From the NCBI GenBank assembly GCA_017450325.1, contig JAFSVB010000183.1, positions 1 through 53,295 of the forward strand: DNA of 53,295 nucleotides, given 5' to 3'. This document shows, one piece after another, positions 46,071-53,295 of this stretch. Made by a program: the position numbers and the translations under genes. Under the pieces are notes generated by a model. That model saw only the letters and a program-made list of their open reading frames with translations. It made no database searches and was not told the DNA's origin. This DNA comes from Bacilli bacterium. GTDB lineage: Bacteria > Bacillota_I > Bacilli_A > RFN20 > CAG-826. Every line of letters starts with the position of its first letter. Within the stretch, counting starts at the first letter, position 1.

Positions 46071-46980
46071 CCTCCATCAAAATATCAGCGATGATGGGGC
46101 AGTGGTCTGAGGCTTTAAGCGCCTTCGCGCCCCGCTCGATGTCGTGGGTTTTTAGCCAAAGGTTCCGATCGGCGAATATATGATCGATGGTTTTGCCTTC
46201 ATTCGGAGCCGCCGCCAGGGTATGGGAGCTCTTTAAGCCATCTTGGCAACGGGCATCGGTCGCGGTGGTTTCGGCATCGAAATAGCCGCTTTCCAACACC
46301 GCTTGGTATGCTTTGGAATCTTCGTCGAAGTTGCAGTCGCCGGAAAAGCAGACGCCGGCTTCCCCGAATTGGAGTTTCAGTTCCTCGGCTTTTGCCATTA
46401 GCTGCTTGGCGTTTCCTTCCCGCCATTTGGCGGCGATGGCTTGGCGCTGCTCGTCGGTATAATCTTCATAGCCATCGTAGTTGGCGGTGCAGACCGCGCC
46501 ATGGAAGTTGAGGTCGATGAGGATCTTCTCGCTTTCTTTTTCTTCGAAAACCGCCCAAGCAAGCGATTTCGTCGTGACGCCTGGATAAGCATCAACCAGC
46601 ATCTCGGTCCCGCTTTCTAGAAGGTTGAAGCGCGAAGAATCGAAGATGATCGGAGTTGCGCAGAGGATGTTGTTCACCTGATCGTCGATCAAAACATAAT
46701 CGGGACTCTTTTCGAGCAGCCGCTTCTTCATCGCATCGCAGGGGACGGTGCATTCTTGGAAGTGGATGATGTCGGGGTTTTTCTCTCTAACGATCTCGAC
46801 GACATAGTCCATGTTGCCCCTGCCAAGATAGACGTTCCAGCTTAGCAGGCGAAACGAAGGGGCTTCTTTTTCTTGAACGCTCAGAGAAGCCTCCTCCTTA
46901 GAAGAGGATCTCAGGGCAACGCTTTCTTTCGCGCAGGAAAGCAAGATAAGGGCAAAAGGAAGTAATAGGATCTTTTTCAT
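46054..46980 (-). CDS. Lipoprotein: endonuclease/exonuclease/phosphatase (EEP) family enzyme
   Basis: Lipobox LILLSC. LLSWNVY, IIHFQE, and C-terminal SDHCPIIADI. 17-nt overlap with the downstream gene. Confidence 0.8.
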   Translation of the reverse strand: MKKILLLPFALILLSCAKESVALRSSSKEEASLSVQEKEAPSFRLLSWNVYLGRGNMDYVVEIVREKNPDIIHFQECTVPCDAMKKRLLEKSPDYVLIDDQVNNILCATPIIFDSSRFNLLESGTEMLVDAYPGVTTKSLAWAVFEEKESEKILIDLNFHGAVCTANYDGYEDYTDEQRQAIAAKWREGNAKQLMAKAEELKLQFGEAGVCFSGDCNFDEDSKAYQAVLESGYFDAETTATDARCQDGLKSSHTLAAAPNEGKTIDHIFADRNLWLKTHDIERGAKALKASDHCPIIADILMEDAPYA

Positions 46981-47915
46981 GAAGCATCACCTTCTTGAAA
47001 AGGGAGTAGCTTAGGCACTACGCCTTCTTCAAGGTATTTGGCCACATTCGCCCCGGCATCGAGGCCGACGATGTTATAGGCTTCCTGATAGAAGTGGTTT
47101 TTGTCGTGCATCATCGATTCGGGGACGCCGGAAAGCTTGATGGAGCATAAATCGACATCTTCCATCTCTTCCGCCATCTTGATTTGGTTTTGATGGAAGA
47201 TCTTATAAAGATCGTGCTTTTCTTGGGATTCGGAAGCCATATACGGCCCGATTTGGATCGTGAAGCAATGCTCCACGCCGGCATCCTTCATGACATCGAC
47301 GATGTTTTGAAGATTGTTTTTGTATGTTTCGTAGCTCACGGCGTTGCCGGCATCATTTTCTCCTTGGAGCCAAACCATCTCGATGTGGGCGATGGAAAGA
47401 TCGTCGAGCGAATAAAGGTAGTTCAGGCAATCCGATAAACGGGACGCGGCCTCTTCGACCATCCCTCCGCCTGGTTGCCATTGGGTGGAGCTGGTCCCGC
47501 CTTGGGAAGCGGAGACCCCGATGATGGGGACGTTCCGGATCTGGTAATAAGCCTCGCAGAAACTAGAGACGAGCGACCCGGTCTTCTTCGTTCCGTCATT
47601 GATGTGGGGATTGTTCTCGTTGACCCCGAACGGCTCTTCTAGATCATAAAGCTTGCTGGGGTCGCTCACGGCTCGGAATTCATAGCCATGGCCTTCGGGG
47701 CAAGGCGTGGCTTTTTCTTTGTCTCCTCTGCCAGCCATATTCGACTGGCCCATGAAGACAAAGACGTCCACCTCCTTCTCCTTATCCTCGGCTTGGCTGG
47801 AAGAAGGGCTGATGCTTTCTTCCTGGCTTGAGGTCTTCATGGAAGAAGAAGCGGGGCTTTCTTTGGCGCAGGAAGCGAGCAGGAGCAAGAAAAACAAAGG
47901 AAATACTTTATTCAT
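46977..47915 (-). CDS. Lipoprotein: SASA-type (sialate O-acetylesterase-like, SGNH-related) carbohydrate esterase
   Basis: Lipobox LLLLASC. VFVFMGQSNMAGRG is the GQSNMxG motif of the SASA/DUF303 family. ATGA overlap with the downstream gene. Confidence 0.7.
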   Translation of the reverse strand: MNKVFPLFFLLLLASCAKESPASSSMKTSSQEESISPSSSQAEDKEKEVDVFVFMGQSNMAGRGDKEKATPCPEGHGYEFRAVSDPSKLYDLEEPFGVNENNPHINDGTKKTGSLVSSFCEAYYQIRNVPIIGVSASQGGTSSTQWQPGGGMVEEAASRLSDCLNYLYSLDDLSIAHIEMVWLQGENDAGNAVSYETYKNNLQNIVDVMKDAGVEHCFTIQIGPYMASESQEKHDLYKIFHQNQIKMAEEMEDVDLCSIKLSGVPESMMHDKNHFYQEAYNIVGLDAGANVAKYLEEGVVPKLLPFQEGDAS

Positions 47916-47930
47916 AATCCATTCCTTTCC

Positions 47931-47959
47931 GGGAGGCCCCCAAAAAACGGGGGCCTCCC
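47931..47959 (-). promoter_or_regulatory. Very strong intra-operon GC hairpin (11-bp perfect stem) between the Ig-repeat lipoprotein and esterase genes
   Basis: GGGAGGCCCCC (47931-47941) / GGGGGCCTCCC (47949-47959) with a 7-nt loop. On the transcribed (minus) strand it is followed by GGAAAGGAATGGATT-ATG, not by a U-run. Confidence 0.6.
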
Positions 47960-47971
47960 ACTAGAAACGCC

Positions 47972-50008
47972 TTAGTCCAAGACGGAGGCGTAATAGATGT
48001 TGGCGGCGACTTTTTCGTTGGTTAGATCAAGCGCGCCTTTCTCCGCTGCATAGCCGATGGAGACGGCGTTTTCGTCATCAAGATAAACTTCGGCCAACGA
48101 AGCGGTGAAGTCCTTGGTGGCGGTATAGCCGAAGAAGCCGGTGGCGCCTGCATCGATTTTCGTGTTCATCTGACCGAAATTGAGGCCGACGAGGTTATCG
48201 CCATCTTTGACGATCGTCGCCGAGGTATTCCCGCTTCCGATCGCCCCGGCGTTGCCAAGCCCGCCGAAAGCGCTTAGTTCGCCAGCGAAAGTCATAACGC
48301 CATCGGCAACGGCATAAGTGCCGGTGGCGATTTTGCCTTTGGAGGCAGTCGCCAAAGCATAGTAGGAATAAGTCCCGGATTCTAAGTCGCCCGTGAGTTC
48401 GAGGGCGCCGTTGATCTTATTGCTGCCTTTGGTGTAGTAGGAGAAGAAAGAATAAGTGGCCGTCGAATTCTTGAAGACATCGATCGGGGCGTAGTAGGAA
48501 ATGGAAACGTCATTGATCGTGCAGGTGAAGTCTTCTTCGCCTTCGGTATAGGAGACCTGGTAGGATTTCCCGGTCTCCGTAAGCGAAGTCAGGCTGATGA
48601 GGGTATCGCCATCGACGACTTCAGCGCCGGTGATCGTCTTTTCGCTGTCATCGCTATAAACGCCTTTGACGGTCAAAGAAGAAAGGTTGACCAAATCCGC
48701 GAGGGTCTTTTCTTCCCCGGCTTTGAAAGCTAGTTTCTTCGGCGCGTCTTCCACTTTGATGGAAACCAAGGTCGCTTCCACCGGAGCCGCTTCGACTTCG
48801 ATGGCGATTTCGACGCTCTTGCCGCCATAGCTGACGGTGACTTTTTCATCTTCCAGGGTGAGGGCGCCTTCCTTATCGATGGTCCAGCCTTCGGTGATGA
48901 TTTCCTTGGTGGTGTCTTCGTAGGTGACCGCCAGGGTCAAGCCATCCGCGGAGAAGGTGTCGCCTTCATAGTATTTTAGACGCGAGGGCTGGGTTTCGAC
49001 CGCGATCGAGGCGACCACTTTCTCGGAAGAACCATAATAGGTCTTCAGGTTGTCGGCGAAGACGTTGTTTTCGATCCGCTGCATATAGACGGTGGAAGCA
49101 GGGTGGTCATATTGGGTGGCCAAAGATTCGACGAAGGCGGATTCCTTGGTTTTGCCCCAACCGAAGAAGGTGTCGACCGAATTCAGCATCGAACCGAAGT
49201 AAAGGCCGCTGATTTCATCGCCGGTTTTGATGATTTCCGCGCTTTCTTTGCCCGCCGAGCTTAATTTGGCGGTGCCATCCATATGCTCGATGAGGGTGGT
49301 GTAGAAGGTCATCGTGCTTTCTTTGATGGACCAATTGCCGCTGACGGAGGCGATTTTGACGCCCACGGCGGGGTCGATGGCGTTAAATTCCGTGTACTTG
49401 AAGCTGCCTTTGTCTTGGCTTCCTTCTTCGTAATCAAGCTCCATCGCGCCGTCCATCTGCATCGTCGTGGAATCGTAATAGGTGTAGAAGAGAAGATCGG
49501 CATCGCTGGTCTTGACGATGTCGTAAGGATAGGAGAAATGATCCCACGGGCTCTCGGTTTCGTGGTCGTAGGAGATTTCCTGGGCGACCGGGACTTCTTC
49601 TGCTTTGACGGTGATGGTGACCGCCACGGATTTGGTCTTTCCTTCGTAGACGTATTTGACGTAGAAATTCTTGTCGTTCGCCGTCAAGGCGACCCCGTCT
49701 TTGTTGGTCGTGCATTCGGATGTGACGATTCTGGTCGAAGAATCAGAGAAAGTCGCGGTGACTTCCATGCCGGTCAGATCGAGGAATTCGCCTTCTTCGT
49801 ATTCCAATTTGTTGGGGAGCTTGGTCACTTCGATCTTGGAAAGGGTGACTTGGGCGAGGGAAGTGGTGGAACCATCCCCTCCTTCCTCGATGGAGGTGGA
49901 AGCGGCGTCTTGGCTAGAGGAGGGCGCCGGCTTATTTCCGCAGCCCGAAATCAGCAAGGCGGAGGGAAGGATGGAGAGACTTAGAACTTTCAACCATGTT
50001 TTTTTCAT
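47972..50008 (-). CDS. Lipoprotein with three Big_3-like Ig domains and two copies of an uncharacterised ~180-aa domain
   Basis: Lipobox ALLISGC. Ig-like repeats such as KLEYEEGEFLDLTGMEVTATFSDSS, RLKYYEGDTFSADGLTLAVTYEDTT, and KLAFKAGEEK...LTVKGVYSDDS. There are two paralogous non-Ig modules (see findings). Confidence 0.65.
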   Translation of the reverse strand: MKKTWLKVLSLSILPSALLISGCGNKPAPSSSQDAASTSIEEGGDGSTTSLAQVTLSKIEVTKLPNKLEYEEGEFLDLTGMEVTATFSDSSTRIVTSECTTNKDGVALTANDKNFYVKYVYEGKTKSVAVTITVKAEEVPVAQEISYDHETESPWDHFSYPYDIVKTSDADLLFYTYYDSTTMQMDGAMELDYEEGSQDKGSFKYTEFNAIDPAVGVKIASVSGNWSIKESTMTFYTTLIEHMDGTAKLSSAGKESAEIIKTGDEISGLYFGSMLNSVDTFFGWGKTKESAFVESLATQYDHPASTVYMQRIENNVFADNLKTYYGSSEKVVASIAVETQPSRLKYYEGDTFSADGLTLAVTYEDTTKEIITEGWTIDKEGALTLEDEKVTVSYGGKSVEIAIEVEAAPVEATLVSIKVEDAPKKLAFKAGEEKTLADLVNLSSLTVKGVYSDDSEKTITGAEVVDGDTLISLTSLTETGKSYQVSYTEGEEDFTCTINDVSISYYAPIDVFKNSTATYSFFSYYTKGSNKINGALELTGDLESGTYSYYALATASKGKIATGTYAVADGVMTFAGELSAFGGLGNAGAIGSGNTSATIVKDGDNLVGLNFGQMNTKIDAGATGFFGYTATKDFTASLAEVYLDDENAVSIGYAAEKGALDLTNEKVAANIYYASVLD

Positions 50009-53000
50009 TGGATACCTCCTTGGTTCATAGGTTCTTTATCTTTTTTCTTGATCGCGGCTAGGATCTCGATGGGCAAAGCCGCGCAAGAAATAAGAGCGAA
50101 AGCGATGATGGAAGAAGTTTTGGCGGTGGTGACGGCCTTCTTCCAGTCGGGGGTGACGTAACGGAGAACGGTGTCGGAATCTAAGCCGTTCATCGCGTTG
50201 CTATGAAGCGTCGCATAGAGGATGTGTTTGGCGGATTCCCGCATCGCCTGGGCAAAGCCGCCATAGCCTTCTTTAAAGGGCTCGAGGATCGATGGATCCA
50301 AATCGGAATCCGTCAAGGACATGCCTGCTTTTATGCAATGGGGGAGTTGAGAATTGAGGTAACGCCCCGTCCACATATCGGAGACGATGAGCCCCTTCAT
50401 GCCGCATTCTTCGCGCAGGAAGCCTTGAAGCAGCGCTGCACTGGCCGGGCATAAAGTGGTGCCGATCCTGGTATAGGAAGTCATCGCGTTCATCGCCCTG
50501 CCTTCTACGCAGGCGATTTTGAATGGGCGGAGATAAATCTCGCGATAGGCTTGTTCATTGCACCACACCGATAAACCGACGCGGTTGTTCTGCTGCTCAT
50601 AACCGGCGATATGTTTCAGATAGGCGTTGCAGCCTTTGCTTTGCAAGCCGAGGGTGAGTTTGGCCGCTTGCTTTCCAGATAAAACGCCGTCTTCGGAATA
50701 ATATTCGAAGGCCCTGCCGTCATATGCCGAGCGATGGGTGTTGACGCCGACTCCATAGAAGCCGGAGAAGCCGGCCCACAAAGCGTCTTCACCCAGCATC
50801 TCGCCCATTTTCTCGGCAAGGGTTTTGCTGAAAGTGGAAGCAAGGATCCCTAAGCACGGGTAATAAGGCGGGGAATAATCGCCACCAGGATCGCCTAAAC
50901 GGGCGGCTAAGCCATCGCTTTGGCCATAAGGAAGCACCAAACCAGTCGGGCCGTTATGGTCGACGGTGGCGGGCTTGGCGAGAGATTCGACGCCGCTAGT
51001 CTTCCTAAGGCCGGTGACGAGGAGCTTGGCTGTCTCCTCAAAGGTCAATTCATCGAGCAAATCATCCCAAATCGGGTTATCCAAAGGGATGACTTCCCCA
51101 TTTTCATCTACTCTGAGATCGATTAATTTCAGGCCATTGTCCAGCCCATAGTTCGGATAGGCTTCATCGTCTTTTTCGGTTTCCCCATTTTGTCGAAGGA
51201 GATCTTCCATCATGCCGTCGGTCAGATTCAGTTTGACGTTGGTGTTTGGCAGGGTATCGATCCAGTCTTTCCGGGAAAGGTATTCGATGTGATTATCTTC
51301 CGCGTTTTTATAGCGGTTGATGTCCATTGAGTCGAAGAGGTTTTTGACGGAGGGGTCGGTTTTTTCCGCCATCGCCACCTTCTTCACCAAAGCGGAATCG
51401 CCTTCTTCATCCATCCCATCGGATATCGAATAGCCTTTTTCGGACAGAATATTGTTGATTGCCTGATGGGCGTTTGCCCCGAAGGCGAAGCGATATTCGT
51501 CCGATTCCTCGATGAGGTAGCATCCGTTTCCATAAGCGTCATAGGAGGCGAAGTCCTCGTCTTTGACTTCAAAAGAAAGGAGTTGGCTTTCTCCCGGCTG
51601 AAGCAAATCGGTCTTCGCGTAATCGACGAGCTCGATGGCAGGCTTTTCGATGCCCTTTTCCTCGTCATAGGCCGTATAGGGCTTTTGCAGATAAAGCTGA
51701 ACGCTTTCTTTCCCAGGAACGCTTCCGACGTTCTTCACTTTTAAGCTGAGAGAATGAAGGCCGAGGGAAGAATCGTAGGAATGGGTTGCATCCGAATAGG
51801 AGAAGTCCGTGTAACTGAGCCCATAGCCAAAGGGGAAGGCGATGATGGACGAATAATCGAAGTCGCCACATAAATCACGCTGCATCACGCAATCTTCATA
51901 ACGGGTCTCCGAGTAGCGGTAGCCGACATAAACCCCTTCTTGATAAGCGACGTAGCTCGCGTATTGCATCGAGGAATAGGATTTCCCGCCGAAAGAAGGG
52001 AGCTGGTCCAGATAATCCTCGTAATTCTGATAGGTGAAGGAACCCCAATTCGCCATGACTGGGTTATCCCGATGATGGTAATAGAAGGTGTCGGAGAGTT
52101 TTCCGGAAGGATTGACCGACCCCGAAACGATTTTCGCGACCCCACGGAAACCGGTTTGGCCCACCGAGCCGATCCATAAGCAGGCATCGATGCCATAATC
52201 GTCCAAGAAGGAGAACTCTGGCTGATTGGGCGTATTGAGGAGGACGATCAATTTGGAGAAAGTGGTGCCTTTGGCGGAACTAAGGGCCGCAAGGACGCTT
52301 TTTTCGTTCTCATTGAGGCAAAGGTAGTTCCCGCCTTCCCCATCGCAGGAGGCTTCTTTGTAGGCGACGTCCGTATTCTCGCCGCGGATCCTCTTCAAGA
52401 CGAAGATGGCCGCATCGCCATATTCCGAGAAGGAAGAGACGATCGAGGAATCACCGGAGAAAGCGCTCCAAGGGGCGTCTTTGATCTGATAGCCGGTGGG
52501 GGTGTAGCTGCTTTTATGGGACTGATACCAGTTGGAAAGCAGCGGATTCGCTTCGATATCCTCTTCTTCAAGGGCTTCGATTAGGGTGGTGGGCGGCGCC
52601 GGCCTTGTCGATGCGGAAGAGCCTTCTCCTCCATAGGCTGGATCGATAGAAGAAAGCGAGAACAAAGAAACCCTGCTTCCTTTTTCTAGCGGGAGGGCAT
52701 CGTTCTCATTCGTCAAAAGAACCGCTCCTTCCTCTTCGATGTCTTCCACGAGTTTTTCGCCGTCTTTTCTCAAAGAGGCGATGTCTTCGTATTCGGTTTC
52801 GAAATAGTCGGTGTTGAGGGATCCTTCGCCTTTCTCCATCACATAAGGGTTGATGCGAAGCTCCGCGTTGATGAAGCCTTCGTTTTCAAAGCTGATTTTC
52901 TCGCCCGCATAGGCAAAGCTCACGGCAATGGCAGCCACGCCGAAGAGGATCTTAGAAGAAAGGCGAAGAGGGAGGGGGAGTTTGCTTTTCCCATGCTCGA

Positions 53001-53187
53001 AAGGCACGAACAAGGCGACGACCGCCCCAAGCAAATCAAGCGAGAAGAGAATCGTCAAAGCGATGAATTCGGCGGAATAGCCATGAAGATCGATATCGGC
53101 GATGACGACGGAGACATAGTAATAAATCCCATAGATATAGCCGAAAAAGGCGACCGCATTCCCAATTAAAAGCAGGAAACGGGACAC
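50005..53187 (-). CDS. Membrane-anchored glycoside hydrolase family 3 enzyme with permuted domain order; the N-terminus may extend beyond the window
   Basis: GH3 alpha/beta-sandwich (C-terminal) domain motifs come first: AVLLTNENDALPL, and WIGSVGQTGFRGVAKIVSGSVNPSGKLSDTF. FPFGYGLSYTDF and an Fn3-like block (VQLYLQKPY...ELVDYAKTDLLQPGESQ) follow. The TIM-barrel catalytic domain comes last: DHNGPTGL, KHIAGYEQQNNR, and GLIVSDMW. TM helices lie at both ends. The frame stays open upstream of GTG 53187 to position 53295. Confidence 0.85.
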   Translation of the reverse strand: MSRFLLLIGNAVAFFGYIYGIYYYVSVVIADIDLHGYSAEFIALTILFSLDLLGAVVALFVPFEHGKSKLPLPLRLSSKILFGVAAIAVSFAYAGEKISFENEGFINAELRINPYVMEKGEGSLNTDYFETEYEDIASLRKDGEKLVEDIEEEGAVLLTNENDALPLEKGSRVSLFSLSSIDPAYGGEGSSASTRPAPPTTLIEALEEEDIEANPLLSNWYQSHKSSYTPTGYQIKDAPWSAFSGDSSIVSSFSEYGDAAIFVLKRIRGENTDVAYKEASCDGEGGNYLCLNENEKSVLAALSSAKGTTFSKLIVLLNTPNQPEFSFLDDYGIDACLWIGSVGQTGFRGVAKIVSGSVNPSGKLSDTFYYHHRDNPVMANWGSFTYQNYEDYLDQLPSFGGKSYSSMQYASYVAYQEGVYVGYRYSETRYEDCVMQRDLCGDFDYSSIIAFPFGYGLSYTDFSYSDATHSYDSSLGLHSLSLKVKNVGSVPGKESVQLYLQKPYTAYDEEKGIEKPAIELVDYAKTDLLQPGESQLLSFEVKDEDFASYDAYGNGCYLIEESDEYRFAFGANAHQAINNILSEKGYSISDGMDEEGDSALVKKVAMAEKTDPSVKNLFDSMDINRYKNAEDNHIEYLSRKDWIDTLPNTNVKLNLTDGMMEDLLRQNGETEKDDEAYPNYGLDNGLKLIDLRVDENGEVIPLDNPIWDDLLDELTFEETAKLLVTGLRKTSGVESLAKPATVDHNGPTGLVLPYGQSDGLAARLGDPGGDYSPPYYPCLGILASTFSKTLAEKMGEMLGEDALWAGFSGFYGVGVNTHRSAYDGRAFEYYSEDGVLSGKQAAKLTLGLQSKGCNAYLKHIAGYEQQNNRVGLSVWCNEQAYREIYLRPFKIACVEGRAMNAMTSYTRIGTTLCPASAALLQGFLREECGMKGLIVSDMWTGRYLNSQLPHCIKAGMSLTDSDLDPSILEPFKEGYGGFAQAMRESAKHILYATLHSNAMNGLDSDTVLRYVTPDWKKAVTTAKTSSIIAFALISCAALPIEILAAIKKKDKEPMNQGGIQ

Positions 53188-53295
53188 GCTTCCGATTTTG
53201 GGGATGAAGGTGAAGCCAAGGGAAATGATCCCGGTGATTAGCAGCGCAAAGCAAGCGAACGGATTGAGTTCATTGCTTCCGCGGTAGATAAGGAA

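Noticed and set aside
1-53295. Scanned the intergenic regions for tRNA, rRNA, CRISPR arrays, integrases/transposases and long direct repeats.
   Set aside because: I saw no cloverleaf-like or rRNA-like sequence, no repeat-spacer array and no recombinase ORF. By-eye scanning cannot exclude small ncRNAs, so tRNAscan-SE/Infernal should be run.

Overview
This is a 53.3 kb chromosomal segment from a moderately GC-rich bacterium. TGA is used as a stop codon, so the genetic code is standard. Gene content and order look like an anaerobic monoderm (Bacillota/Mycoplasmatota-like): rpsM-rpsK-rpoA-rplQ has no rpsD, and lipoproteins and an [FeFe]-hydrogenase are present. All calls rest on motifs I recognised by eye in the supplied translations; no database search was possible.

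Layout:
- (1) 1-19.5 kb, housekeeping and accessory genes: a CvpA-like fragment, a heterodimeric ABC exporter pair, an unusually long MscL, a PTP-like phosphatase::Nudix fusion, a RimK-like ATP-grasp ligase, a DtxR-family regulator, glnA, two FAD proteins, sdaA, and a tightly overlapping tgt-queA-queH-bPH cluster.
- (2) 19.7-34.9 kb: a complete S10-spc-alpha ribosomal super-operon (rpsJ to rplQ, including secY, adk, map, infA, rpmJ, rpoA). It has no rpmD, and several r-proteins carry long low-complexity extensions.
- (3) 35.1-39.5 kb: a small islet directly after rplQ. It holds a 951-aa TIR-NACHT-helical-repeat STAND (bacterial NLR-like) protein, translationally coupled by an ATGA overlap to an inositol-monophosphatase-family protein. 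These are followed by a truncated, frameshifted DUF4143-type ATPase remnant in AT-rich DNA. This TIR-NACHT plus IMPase pair is my best candidate for an undescribed defence-type system.
- (4) 39.5-43.7 kb: a trimeric NuoE/NuoF/HydA electron-bifurcating-type [FeFe]-hydrogenase operon, with a non-canonical TSCSPGW H-cluster motif.
- (5) 43.9-53.3 kb, minus strand: an operon of five consecutive lipoproteins (PTP-like phosphatase, alpha/beta esterase, EEP nuclease/phosphatase, SASA-type esterase, Ig-repeat protein) behind a membrane-anchored, domain-permuted GH3 glycosidase.

I could not recognise any rRNA, tRNA, CRISPR array or intact mobile element. The many long antisense ORFs in the track are treated as shadow ORFs of GC3-rich genes.
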